A DNA stretch of 64,000 nt from positions 4,299 to 68,298 of the forward strand of contig NVTF01000002.1 in assembly GCA_002401485.1 (NCBI GenBank). The letters run 5' to 3'. The notes below the pieces were generated by a model. The model saw only the letters and a list, made by a program, of their open reading frames with translations. It searched no databases and was not told where the DNA came from. Positions 9,652 to 19,066 of this stretch are shown here, piece by piece; position 1 is the first letter of the stretch; each line of letters opens with the position of its first letter. Both the position numbers and the translations under genes were made by a program. Source of the DNA: Elusimicrobiota bacterium. GTDB taxonomy: Bacteria > Elusimicrobiota > Elusimicrobia > UBA1565.

Positions 9652-9680
9652 ATTATAACATCAAATCTAATCAGTGTCAA
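9652..9680 (-). promoter_or_regulatory. Consensus sigma70 promoter driving hsp20
   Basis: Minus strand reads TTGACA (plus-strand 9675-9680), a 17-nt spacer, then TATAAT (plus-strand 9652-9657). An AAGGAGG ribosome-binding site lies 7 nt before the ATG. Confidence 0.6.
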
Positions 9681-9732
9681 TAGGAAACCTGATAGATTCT
9701 GTTATATATTAAAAGTGCTGAAATATTAAGGG

Positions 9733-10914
9733 TTAAAAGTCGTGCGGAGTGATAATAAACGGCAGAGTAGGAAGAATAAAAGGTTTTGAGAGGTGCAGAG
9801 CAGCAACCTTTTTAAATCCCCAATGATCAGGCTGACCCTTCGCCTGCTTGTAAAGAGCCATCGCGTCTTCGCGCTTTCCCATTGTATCTAGGACATTTCC
9901 AGCCCGAATCAAACTCGCAACGGCATAACGGCTCAACTGGCCCTTCATTTTAATAAGAGCGGCTTCACGAAAAGACTTCAATGCCAGGGTTGGTTTTCCA
10001 AGGAACCATTGGGCATGACCCAAAATCAACAATCCCTTTGCCTTTTCCAGAGCCAGATACTCCCCAGAATCGACGCGTTTAATAAACTTCACAGCATCCA
10101 CTTCCACTTCCGCGTAATGATTCGCGTACAACTTCGCACATAACTCAGCCGAATGAAGCATCGAACTATTCGGAAATGCCTCCCGAACCTCCGCCATGAT
10201 CTCAACCGCCCTTTCAGGATCCTTGGCCCCCCACATGTCGTGGGTGTAAATCTCAACGAGGGCCATCTTCGCCGTCCATTTTGAAAACCGGCCTTTTTCA
10301 GCGACCTCATTGATAAGCGCAATGCCGCGCTCGCGGTCGCCGCGCAAAACAAGCTTTGCCAGCACGCCGACAAAATGCGGATAGACGTCCGTATAATAAT
10401 CGTACATGCCTATGCCAAGCTTGGCGTCCATCAACTCGGGATCGATCTTCAACGCCCGGCGAACCGACTTCATCGAGGTCCGCGCCGTAAAATATCCCTT
10501 AATATAGCGATGACGGGTCATCAACAGGCGAGCGTAAAGGCCGTGCAGCGCCCCTCGCGTCATCCAACCCTCAGCGTCCTCGGGATGCAGCTTGACCCAG
10601 GCATCCGACACGTCAATGCCCTTCTCGATGGCCTCATGAAAGGGTTTTAGAAGCGCCTGATCACTTTGTTCACTTTCGTAAATAAATCGAAGCCAGGCCA
10701 CCGACGCGTAGCCAAAATAAGGATGCGGATGCCCGGGGACCATCTTTTCCAGCACCTCGAATTCCTTTCGCGAAGCATCAAACTCCATGCGAATCATTTT
10801 CTCCACACCCCGGTGGATATAGGCCTCCTGTTCGGGGTTGAGAAATTTTGGCTTTTCCGCTGAGGCGCCGGTCGCGCCCAGCATCAAGACGAAGGATAAC
10901 AGCGTCCGCATCAT
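9733..10914 (-). CDS. Secreted TPR-like repeat protein (hypothetical)
   Basis: 393 aa with a signal peptide (MMRTLLSFVLMLGATGASA) and a helical-repeat-like sequence; no catalytic motif recognised. Confidence 0.6.
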   Translation of the reverse strand: MMRTLLSFVLMLGATGASAEKPKFLNPEQEAYIHRGVEKMIRMEFDASRKEFEVLEKMVPGHPHPYFGYASVAWLRFIYESEQSDQALLKPFHEAIEKGIDVSDAWVKLHPEDAEGWMTRGALHGLYARLLMTRHRYIKGYFTARTSMKSVRRALKIDPELMDAKLGIGMYDYYTDVYPHFVGVLAKLVLRGDRERGIALINEVAEKGRFSKWTAKMALVEIYTHDMWGAKDPERAVEIMAEVREAFPNSSMLHSAELCAKLYANHYAEVEVDAVKFIKRVDSGEYLALEKAKGLLILGHAQWFLGKPTLALKSFREAALIKMKGQLSRYAVASLIRAGNVLDTMGKREDAMALYKQAKGQPDHWGFKKVAALHLSKPFILPTLPFIITPHDF

Positions 10915-10986
10915 CTTAAGGAAGGGTAGAAGGTTCCCTCACATAATTCAAGTGGCATCCGTGAATGGTCTCGCTACTGTAGTAGA

Positions 10987-12030
10987 ATGGCACTCATGAC
11001 AACCGACGCACCCGCCCTTCCGGATTGGGACAAACTCTCGTTCTCCCTGACGCAAACCGACACGATCTTCGAGTGTTTTGGAGACCTCGACAGCGATCCC
11101 CAATGGGATGAAGGTGCTTTTAAACCATTTGAGAACGTTAGTATCTCCCCCGCCGCAACGATTTTTTCCTACGGGCTCTCCATTTTTGAGGGCCTTAAAG
11201 CCGAACGGACCGAAGACGGAAAAATTCTGCTCTTTCGGGTCGACCGAAACGCGTGGAGATTCGGGCACTCCGCAACCCAGCTGCGCATGCTCAACTTCCC
11301 CGAGAAACGATTTATCACGGCGGTGACCGAACTCGTGCGGCGCAATGAACGCTTCATCCCTCCCGCGGGAAAAGGAACCCTCTACGTCCGGCCGACGCTT
11401 TTTGCAGATGAGCCGCAATTAGGACTTCGGACCGCACGCCGTTACCGCGTTCTTATGTATGCGTCCCCGGTGGGAGCCTACTTCTCCTCCGCGGACGCGG
11501 GCGTGCGCCTGCGCGTGCTGGAACAGGGACGGGTCGCTCCCGGCGGCACCGGATCGGCCAAAGCGGCCGGCAATTATGCCGGAAGCCTTAACCGCCGGGA
11601 ACAGATGCATGTGGAAGGTTTTGACGATGTTCTCTTCCTCGACGCCCGTGACGCTCAGTTCGCGACAGAAACGACGGGCTCCAACGTTTTTGCGAAGCTA
11701 AAGAACGGAATCCTCGTCACACCCAAACTCAACGATCAAATTCTTCCAGGGATCACGCGCGAGTCGGTGATTCAACTCGCAAAAGAGCAACTCGGACTCA
11801 CCGTGGAAGAACGTCCGCTGCGAATTGAAGAGATTCTCGGTGATGTCTCCGAACTTTTTTGCACAGGAACCGCCTGGACAGTTCGTCCGGTCCGTGAACT
11901 TCAGTACCGGGACGAAATCACTAAATTTGACGCCCCGGACGTTGCCGTGCAATTGCTTCAAAGCCTTCGCGCCATCCAATCCGGGGAAGCTCCGGACAGG
12001 TTCGAATGGATCCGAGAGGTCGCCCTGTGA
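10987..12030 (+). CDS. Branched-chain amino acid aminotransferase, long (type II / eukaryote-like BCAT) class IV
   Basis: 347 aa with YGLSIFEGLKA, TLYVRPTLF and GSAKAAGNYA blocks typical of the ~350-aa BCAT subfamily. Confidence 0.75.
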   Translation: MALMTTDAPALPDWDKLSFSLTQTDTIFECFGDLDSDPQWDEGAFKPFENVSISPAATIFSYGLSIFEGLKAERTEDGKILLFRVDRNAWRFGHSATQLRMLNFPEKRFITAVTELVRRNERFIPPAGKGTLYVRPTLFADEPQLGLRTARRYRVLMYASPVGAYFSSADAGVRLRVLEQGRVAPGGTGSAKAAGNYAGSLNRREQMHVEGFDDVLFLDARDAQFATETTGSNVFAKLKNGILVTPKLNDQILPGITRESVIQLAKEQLGLTVEERPLRIEEILGDVSELFCTGTAWTVRPVRELQYRDEITKFDAPDVAVQLLQSLRAIQSGEAPDRFEWIREVAL

Positions 12031-13154
12031 GTTCCAAACGCATCAACGCGATTCGCAAACAAGTCGACGCGTTTGACAACAGGTTGCTGAAAACGCTCGC
12101 CGGACGACGGAAAGCCGTATTGGCCCTGATTAAGGAAAAAGCCTCTTCCGACCGCCCCATTCGCGACCTGGGCCGTGAGGAAAAATTGCTCGCCCGCGTC
12201 ATCGGTGCCGGCCGGACGATCGGCCTGGATCCTGATTTTGTCCGCCGGGTGTATGAAGAAATTTTGGAAGACTCGGTTCGCGCCCAGCAGCGGCGCGCAC
12301 CGCAAGGGCGCGGCGTCATTCGCGTCGCCTTTCAGGGAATCGAAGGCGCCTACAGTGAACTCGCCGCGCGGCGCTTCTTCACCGACCGAAGCGGAAAGTT
12401 AAGCCTGTTGGGACGACCGACCTTCGACGAAGCTGTTTCCGCTGTTGATGAAGGGCATGCCGAATTCGCGATCCTCCCGATCGAAAATACGACCGCCGGC
12501 AGCATCAACGAGGTTTACGACCTCTTATCACGTTCCCGATTGCGCATCATCGGAGAGGAAATTCTCCCGGTTTCGCACTGCCTATTGGCCGTTGAAAAAG
12601 TTCCCGTCTCCAAAATCCGCCGCGTTTTATCCCACCCGCAAGCCTTGGCTCAGTGCATGCGTTTTTTAACCGGACTCTCGAATTGCACGACCGAATATTT
12701 CGGGGACACCGCGATGGCGGTGCGAAAAGTCGCTGCGGACAAAGACATTGCCCAAGCCGCCATCGCAAGCGAAGAAGCCGGCAAGCGATATGGACTGAAG
12801 GTCCTCCAACGCGATCTCGCCGATCAGAAGGACAACTTCACCCGATTTCTAGTCGTCGCCCATGACGCACCGCCGCCGCCGGCGCGGGTTCCCTGCAAAA
12901 CTTCAATTGTCATGGCGACAGCCCACAAGGAAGGAGCGCTCCTTCGCGCGTTGAACCATCTGCACGAAAGTAAAATCAATTTAACCAAGCTGGAAAGCCG
13001 CCCGGAACCGGGCAAACCGTTCCAATACCGATTTTTCATCGATTTCGAAGGACACGCAGACTTGCCCCATATTGCCGCCGCCCTCGCCAAGGTAAAAAAA
13101 GAAACGGCCTACCTTAAGATTCTCGGCAGTTACCCGGCTAGAAAACGATCATGA
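12006..13154 (+). CDS. pheA: Bifunctional chorismate mutase / prephenate dehydratase (P-protein)
   Basis: N-terminal CM region (INAIRKQVDAFDNRLLKTLAGRRKAV), PDT domain (VAFQGIEGAYSE..., ESRPEPGKPFQYRFFIDFEGH) and a C-terminal ACT domain. Overlaps the upstream gene by 25 nt. Confidence 0.88.
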   Translation: MDPRGRPVSSKRINAIRKQVDAFDNRLLKTLAGRRKAVLALIKEKASSDRPIRDLGREEKLLARVIGAGRTIGLDPDFVRRVYEEILEDSVRAQQRRAPQGRGVIRVAFQGIEGAYSELAARRFFTDRSGKLSLLGRPTFDEAVSAVDEGHAEFAILPIENTTAGSINEVYDLLSRSRLRIIGEEILPVSHCLLAVEKVPVSKIRRVLSHPQALAQCMRFLTGLSNCTTEYFGDTAMAVRKVAADKDIAQAAIASEEAGKRYGLKVLQRDLADQKDNFTRFLVVAHDAPPPPARVPCKTSIVMATAHKEGALLRALNHLHESKINLTKLESRPEPGKPFQYRFFIDFEGHADLPHIAAALAKVKKETAYLKILGSYPARKRS

Positions 13155-14119
13155 AAAATATTTTTGCTGCGGCACTGCTTCTTGCGTTCACGACAACTTC
13201 TTCTTACGCCCGATTCGCGCCGGTGCGATTAGGCTTGCGATCAACCACTCTCGTGACGGCGCCGGCTCTTGTTGTTCCCGGCACGCTTCTCGCGCAAAGC
13301 CTCACCCCAACACTTCCCTCTCTTTACGTATCGGCATTGGTGGTGCCGGCAGCGGTCGCCATAAAGAAAACGCCGATTCGAACATCGGTGCAGCGTGCAG
13401 CGGCTCCGGCCCCCCAACGTCGGAGTCCGGGCGCAGCCTCCCGCCATTGGACGGGATTTTTTGACGGAATCCAAGGAAAATCCGCGCCGACCGTTGTTGT
13501 CAACGCGGCCGACACCCCGTCACGCCCTCAGGTCGCGACGTCGGTAAAAGAAAAAGGCCTCGTGGGGCGCGAAGTCCCCGTTCCCGGCAACACCGCGCTC
13601 CAAAAACACGTCTCTTTCTTCGATCGCAACGGTGATGGAATCATTACCGTTTCCGAAACCCGCTTCCGCCTGCGCCAACTGGGATTTTCATGGACAAAAT
13701 CCGCATTTCTTTCATTCGTCATTCATGCCGGTCTCGCGAAATCGACATCCGCCTCTTGGACAGACGCGCTGCTGCTGCGCCTGAGCGTCGAAAAAATGCA
13801 CCTCGGAATTCATGCCGCTGATACCGGCATCTACGATGAACACGGCAATTTTGTGCCGGAAGCTTTCAAACGCCTCTTCGCCGATCACGCCAAGACCGAT
13901 CCTGCCTTTCTGACCGAGTCCGAGTTTCAAAACATGATCACGGCCAACGCCAAACGCCGCCCGGGAGCACTCGGCAAGTTCGCCGCCAAGCAGGAATTCG
14001 GCCTGCTCCTCGATATCGCATCCGACGGAAAGCTCGGAGAGGAGCGAACGATCAGCCGGTCCCGCATGGAAGGTTTCTACGATGGGACGCTCCTGTATAC
14101 ACTGGTCGGCGAACGTTGA
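13151..14119 (+). CDS. Secreted caleosin-like (EF-hand peroxygenase family) protein with a shared N-terminal module
   Basis: Signal peptide, then a ~130-aa Ala/Pro/Leu-rich module ending in FFDGIQGKSAPTVVVNAADTPSRP, then a caleosin-like domain: LQKHVSFFDRNGDGIITVSETRFRLRQLGF. The His and the canonical EF-hand loop D-x-N-x-D-G-x-I-x-x-x-E are both present. Confidence 0.7.
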   Translation: MKNIFAAALLLAFTTTSSYARFAPVRLGLRSTTLVTAPALVVPGTLLAQSLTPTLPSLYVSALVVPAAVAIKKTPIRTSVQRAAAPAPQRRSPGAASRHWTGFFDGIQGKSAPTVVVNAADTPSRPQVATSVKEKGLVGREVPVPGNTALQKHVSFFDRNGDGIITVSETRFRLRQLGFSWTKSAFLSFVIHAGLAKSTSASWTDALLLRLSVEKMHLGIHAADTGIYDEHGNFVPEAFKRLFADHAKTDPAFLTESEFQNMITANAKRRPGALGKFAAKQEFGLLLDIASDGKLGEERTISRSRMEGFYDGTLLYTLVGER

Positions 14120-14165
14120 CCCACCCCGCTTGACGGGGCGGGACTCACCTCGTACCCTATTCGCG

Positions 14166-15584
14166 ATGCGGACCCTATACGCCGTAATTGCACTCGCGCT
14201 GGTCAGCGCTGCCGATGCCGCTCCCTCCCGGCTTGAGACACTCTCGAAGCAAACGGACGCGCTCGTCATTGAAATCAATGCGCTCGACCGTTCCTTGCAG
14301 CTGCATTTGACGAGTTTTTCCCGGCAAGGGGCCGCGACCTCAGGTTCGACAAAAAAAGCACAAGCCTTGCGGCGTCGAACTGCGGCCCTGCTCAAACGGT
14401 GGAAGACCCCCTCTGCGGAATGGAAAAAAACATCCAAGGAACGCAGCAAACAATTCAAGGCGCAGCAACGATGGTTGACCGACTTAAACAAAAGCGTCCT
14501 TAAAGACCGCATCAAGATTCGAAAAGAGTTTGAAAAGGCGGCGGCGGCATGCGACCTTGGATCAATATCCGCGGGAATCGCCGCTCTTTGTCCGCGGGGA
14601 TGTCCTTCGAAAAAACTTATTCGCGGATACAGGCTGCCCTGCGCCCTTAAAGAACGCAAAACAGTGCTGCAGCTCCCCTTAAATCGACTTAGGTTGGAGG
14701 GCGGAAAACATCGAATAGACATCGAAGGCGGCGCGCTCAGCCTCCGGGCTCACGGTATCTACGCGCTCCGTGAACCGCTCTCGCGTTTTTGGACGGCATT
14801 TTATGCGCTCTCCATAAAATCCACCAACGCGAAAGAAATCGAAGCCCTGCGCCGCTACGCAGGTTACATACGAGAGGACTCCCCGGCGGAAACAATCGGC
14901 CCCGCCGCGCTTCAGCGGGTGATTTCGGTTTGGAATCTTCGGTCGCACGAGAACCCGGACGAACTGGAAACGGATGCCGAAACAACGGCCAAACGCGCCT
15001 ATTTTGAGATGTCCGGTGAAGCCGCTTCCGCGATTGCGGCGTCTTCCTCCTCAGGAATCCGGTCCCAACCGTCCGCCCGCGACGCGATTCGCCGCGTGCT
15101 GCGCGCGGCCGGAAGCTCGCGCGGTGTTTCCAACAGTGACGCGGAGCGCTTGCTCGCCGCCAATCGAACAACAGAAATCTCCGGTGCCTGGCCGGTTCAT
15201 TCCCTCAAGGCATCCGTCGCCTCGTTGGTCGGATCCGTGGTCGGCGCAGAGGTCTCGGAGGATGGGAATGTCGTTTTCTCTTCCTTCAAAAAACCGTACC
15301 GCGTGGTTGCGGACCCGGCAAAAGGTTCGTTTCGGGTTTGCCGCGATGCCTGCGGTGAAAACGATTTTTTGACCATCGATGGGAAGCCGCCGGTCGCGCC
15401 TGTTGTCAAAAAAGATCCACCCAAAATAATTATTAAGAAGAAGAAGAAAAAAAAGAAAAAGCGTTGGTGGTGGGGCGGTTCGAAGGACGATGAGGAGAAA
15501 GAGGAAAAAGAACCCACCGTCGTTGTAGATCCCAACGCTCCTCCGCCGCAGCCCACCTGGTTCCTCATTCAGGAATTGCAATAG
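14166..15584 (+). CDS. Secreted coiled-coil protein with C-terminal poly-Lys tract (hypothetical)
   Basis: Start placed at the ATG at 14166 (MRTLYAVIALALVSAADA signal peptide). The C-terminus is KKKKKKKKKRWWWGGSKDDEEKEEKE...FLIQELQ; the 14082 start given in the ORF table has no hydrophobic leader. Confidence 0.6.
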   Translation: MRTLYAVIALALVSAADAAPSRLETLSKQTDALVIEINALDRSLQLHLTSFSRQGAATSGSTKKAQALRRRTAALLKRWKTPSAEWKKTSKERSKQFKAQQRWLTDLNKSVLKDRIKIRKEFEKAAAACDLGSISAGIAALCPRGCPSKKLIRGYRLPCALKERKTVLQLPLNRLRLEGGKHRIDIEGGALSLRAHGIYALREPLSRFWTAFYALSIKSTNAKEIEALRRYAGYIREDSPAETIGPAALQRVISVWNLRSHENPDELETDAETTAKRAYFEMSGEAASAIAASSSSGIRSQPSARDAIRRVLRAAGSSRGVSNSDAERLLAANRTTEISGAWPVHSLKASVASLVGSVVGAEVSEDGNVVFSSFKKPYRVVADPAKGSFRVCRDACGENDFLTIDGKPPVAPVVKKDPPKIIIKKKKKKKKKRWWWGGSKDDEEKEEKEPTVVVDPNAPPPQPTWFLIQELQ

Positions 15585-15590
15585 TCCTGA

Positions 15591-16184
15591 ATGATCCATC
15601 TCTTACCGGGAATGGGCGCCACCTCGGCCATGTACGATGGCCCCTGGAAAAGCCTGCCCGATTCAAATCCGCTCGAATGGCCGACGCATCACGGGGAAAC
15701 AACAATTGCAGACGTCGCCCGGCGCATGATCGATGAACACGCGATCAGCGCCAGGGATTCGATCATCGGCAGTTCCCTGGGAGGCATCGTCGCCCTTGAG
15801 ATTCATCGTTTTCTTACCTTAAACCAAGTCATACTTGTCGGCAGCGCCGTCTCGCGAGCGGAGATCAACGGACTGCTTTTGGGCTTAGCGCCGCTGGCGC
15901 AAATAACCCCCCTGAAATTCATTCAGGTCTTGGCCGGAAAGACGCCGACCTTGATGTCGTCCATGTTTGCCGAGGTGGACAGTGACTTTATCAAGGCGAT
16001 GTGCGGCGCTGTCGCACAATGGGAAGGCTACACCGGTTCGAAAGAAAGGATCTCGCGCATTCATGGGGATCAGGATTTGATTATTGCCTGTCCGGCCGAC
16101 GCCCATGTGATCGCCGGCGGGGGGCATCTCATCGCGATCACCCATTCAGAAGACTGCGTGCGTCTCATTGAGGAATTGCAATGA
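15591..16184 (+). CDS. YqiA-like esterase (small alpha/beta hydrolase)
   Basis: 197 aa; IIGSSLGGIVA (GxSxG nucleophile elbow) and GGGHLIA resemble E. coli YqiA (IVGSSLGGYYA ... GGNHAF). Confidence 0.65.
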   Translation: MIHLLPGMGATSAMYDGPWKSLPDSNPLEWPTHHGETTIADVARRMIDEHAISARDSIIGSSLGGIVALEIHRFLTLNQVILVGSAVSRAEINGLLLGLAPLAQITPLKFIQVLAGKTPTLMSSMFAEVDSDFIKAMCGAVAQWEGYTGSKERISRIHGDQDLIIACPADAHVIAGGGHLIAITHSEDCVRLIEELQ

Positions 16185-17560
16185 GGAAAATTGCAATCCT
16201 GATGATTGCACTCTTCGCCTTGAACGTGTCCGCCGAACCGACGCAATCCCCTCGGCAGAGATGGCTTGACGCGTTTTTCCAAGCGGCGAACGAGTCCGCG
16301 CGGGTATGGCCAGGGCTCGAAATTTGGGATCGGCCGTTTCTGCTGACCGACGGGACAACCTGGAATGTCTTGTACGGACATCCAAACCCTCCCGCTAACT
16401 TCTCGCCGTTCACTTTAAGAGGACGAGACTTCCACACAAGTTCCCAACCGCCCGACTTCGAGGGTCTTAACTACAGCTACAAGTATGAACTCGGCGGCAT
16501 CGCGATCTATGCGCGCAGGGTGGAAATAGCCAACGACCTCCGCGACGGGTATCGAACCATGAACCGGGTGTTCCACAACCAATTTCATGAGTACCAAACC
16601 GTTGTACTTGCGGGGCGTGATCCCTTAAGCTCTCAACTGGGCCAACCCACCGCCTTCGATATTGCCGACGCCGATGCTGAAAACAGATTGTTAAAAGCGG
16701 CGTTAGGGGAGTCGGATTTAGAGGCGCTGCGCGACTTTATCGCTATTCGCAGCAGGACCCCCTCGCGCGCGGATCACGGGGAGTGGGTAGAGGGCATCGC
16801 CACGTATTATGATCTACGCGTATTTGAATCGGTTCGTGGAGAAGGAAGCGGAATTGCGGAAATTCTAGGAGAAATCACTAAAAAGACGGATCCCGTTCAT
16901 CGAAAAGCATCTCGTTATTATAGAACCGGCGCGGCCATTGGCTACCTGTTGGATCGTCTCGGGGCGGATTGGAAAGATCAGATTAAAGCGGGCGTACCCC
17001 CGTTTCAAATCCTGTCAGAAGCAATTTCAATGCCGGACACCGAAATCGACCGCCGCGCGGCGCGAGTTCGGTCGACACCAGAATACGAAACCGCTCTCGG
17101 CGTCATTAACGCCGAATTGGTTGAAGAAAGACGGGCCGCACGCAGCGCGCAGGAGCGCTATGATTCTGCAGAAGGCCCGCGGGTTCGCTTAATACTCATT
17201 CGTAATTCAGTAGCCGAACTACGATTTAATGCAGGCCCCAAATACGACTCCCCGAACCGGGAATACACGCTTCACACCGGCGGCGTTTTAGGACACGGCA
17301 AATCATGGGACGTGGAAATTTTCGATCGCATCTTACTGATGCGGTGGAAACACATGGCACGCGACCTGACATTTGCTCTCGGCGGCGGGGCACGGTGGAC
17401 CATAGACGGAAGAGAATGGGAACCTAGTGCGGGAGTGATCCAGGTCCGGGAAGTCGCAATCGAAAATGACAGCGTTGAGATTAGGGTCAGCGACGCCTTC
17501 ATTGAGGTCGAAGACAGCGGCATGATTACGATTTACAGCGCCGCGATCGGGAAGCATTAA
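16181..17560 (+). CDS. Secreted hypothetical protein
   Basis: 459 aa with a signal peptide (MRKIAILMIALFALNVSA), coding-like composition, and a start overlapping the upstream stop (ATGA). Confidence 0.6.
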   Translation: MRKIAILMIALFALNVSAEPTQSPRQRWLDAFFQAANESARVWPGLEIWDRPFLLTDGTTWNVLYGHPNPPANFSPFTLRGRDFHTSSQPPDFEGLNYSYKYELGGIAIYARRVEIANDLRDGYRTMNRVFHNQFHEYQTVVLAGRDPLSSQLGQPTAFDIADADAENRLLKAALGESDLEALRDFIAIRSRTPSRADHGEWVEGIATYYDLRVFESVRGEGSGIAEILGEITKKTDPVHRKASRYYRTGAAIGYLLDRLGADWKDQIKAGVPPFQILSEAISMPDTEIDRRAARVRSTPEYETALGVINAELVEERRAARSAQERYDSAEGPRVRLILIRNSVAELRFNAGPKYDSPNREYTLHTGGVLGHGKSWDVEIFDRILLMRWKHMARDLTFALGGGARWTIDGREWEPSAGVIQVREVAIENDSVEIRVSDAFIEVEDSGMITIYSAAIGKH

Positions 17561-17603
17561 CCCTCGAAATTAATAAGGAACTCCTAGGGGCCCGTTTGCT
17601 ATC

Positions 17604-18959
17604 ATGGGACTCTTGGAAGCCATCGACAAGTTTCTGTCTACTGCCGTTGACCTCGCCTGGGGCTGGCCTCTGATCGCCCTCCTCGTAGGCGGCGGCGCCT
17701 TCCTCACCCTCTATTCCCGGCTGATTCCCTTTCTCGGGTCCCGGCACGCGCTTGATATTGTACGCGGCAAATTCGACGACCCCGACGATCCGGGTCAAAT
17801 CAGTCACTTTCAGGCACTCACCACCGCTTTGGCATCCACAGTCGGCGTCGGCAATATCGGCGGCGTCGCAGTCGCCATCACCCAAGGCGGTCCCGGAGCG
17901 GTTTTCTGGATGTGGGTGGCGGCAATCGTCGGCATGGCGACGAAGTTTTTCACCTGCACCCTCGCCTCGATGTACCGAAGAGAAGACGAACTAGGCGTCG
18001 TGCAAGGCGGGCCGATGTACTACATCGAGGTCGGTCTCGGTAAAAAGTGGCGCTTCCTAGCCGTTCTCTTCTCGTCCTTCGGCCTGATCGGGTGTTTACC
18101 GATGTTCCAATCAAACCAACTCGCCGATGTTCTCAAGGGCTCCTACAACGTGCCGCCGCTCGCGGTCGGCATTGGCTGTTCCCTGATTGTCGGGGCCGTG
18201 ATTCTAGGCGGCATCCAACGCATCGGGCGCTTCACCGAAAAACTCGTTCCCTTCATGTGCGCTCTCTACATCATGGGCTGCCTTTACATCCTCGCCACTC
18301 GCGCCGGCCAAATTCCGGCCGTGCTTGCTTCGATTTTTCATGACGCTTTTACGGGGACAGCGGCCGTCGGGGGATTTGAAGGCGTCACCGTCAGCGCGGT
18401 GATCTCCATCGGCGTCAAACGCGCGGCATTCTCCAATGAAGCCGGGATCGGCACCGCCCCGATGGCTCACGGCGCGGCCAAAACCAAGGAACCCGTTCGC
18501 GAAGGGCTCGTCGCCATGGTCGGCCCGTTCATCGATACGATCATCATCTGTTCGATGACCGCCTTCGCGATTCTCTCCACCGACCTCTGGCATGCCAGCG
18601 GCGTGCAAGGCACCTCTCTTACCGCGAAGGTATTTGCCTCCGCGATGGGCTCAGGCGGAGAACTGCTCATCGCGGTGGTGGTGTGCATGTTCGCGATCTC
18701 CACCATGGTCGGCTATTCCTATTATGGAAAGAAGTGCTTCGCCTATCTCTTCGGCGCTCAGTGGGGCTTCGTGTATGAGTATTTCCTAATAGCCACCCTG
18801 ACCCTAGGCGCCGTCTGGTCCACCGGCAGCCTCGTCAACCTTCTCGACACCGCCTTCGCCCTCATGGCCTTCCCCAACATGATCGCCGCCCTGATGTTGT
18901 CGCCAGTAGTCATGGCCGCCGTCCACGACTACTTCAAACGCCAAAAACTTCTGGCATAG
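17604..18959 (+). CDS. agcS: Sodium:alanine symporter family transporter
   Basis: 451 aa, multi-TM; QALTTALASTVGVGNIGGVAVAI is the signature region of the AGCS family. Confidence 0.88.
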   Translation: MGLLEAIDKFLSTAVDLAWGWPLIALLVGGGAFLTLYSRLIPFLGSRHALDIVRGKFDDPDDPGQISHFQALTTALASTVGVGNIGGVAVAITQGGPGAVFWMWVAAIVGMATKFFTCTLASMYRREDELGVVQGGPMYYIEVGLGKKWRFLAVLFSSFGLIGCLPMFQSNQLADVLKGSYNVPPLAVGIGCSLIVGAVILGGIQRIGRFTEKLVPFMCALYIMGCLYILATRAGQIPAVLASIFHDAFTGTAAVGGFEGVTVSAVISIGVKRAAFSNEAGIGTAPMAHGAAKTKEPVREGLVAMVGPFIDTIIICSMTAFAILSTDLWHASGVQGTSLTAKVFASAMGSGGELLIAVVVCMFAISTMVGYSYYGKKCFAYLFGAQWGFVYEYFLIATLTLGAVWSTGSLVNLLDTAFALMAFPNMIAALMLSPVVMAAVHDYFKRQKLLA

Positions 18960-18969
18960 GTGCCGCATT

Positions 18970-19060
18970 GGTGCCAGGCACCGCGCACACTCCCCCCGTC
19001 GAGACATTTTTCGGAAATATGCTAAACGCAACAAACGCACGCGGTGCCTGGCACCTTTTG
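18970..19060 (+). terminator. Long hairpin plus U-tract downstream of agcS (terminator or attenuator)
   Basis: Perfect 16-bp inverted repeat GGTGCCAGGCACCGCG (18970-18985) / CGCGGTGCCTGGCACC (19040-19055), followed by TTTTG. Confidence 0.45.
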
Positions 19061-19066
19061 TATGAT

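Noticed and set aside
13712-14722. 336-aa ORF on the minus strand
   Set aside because: It lies antisense across the 3' end of the caleosin-like gene and the 5' end of the next secreted-protein gene. The product is Arg/Cys/Ser-rich with no motifs, which is typical of a high-GC antisense artefact.
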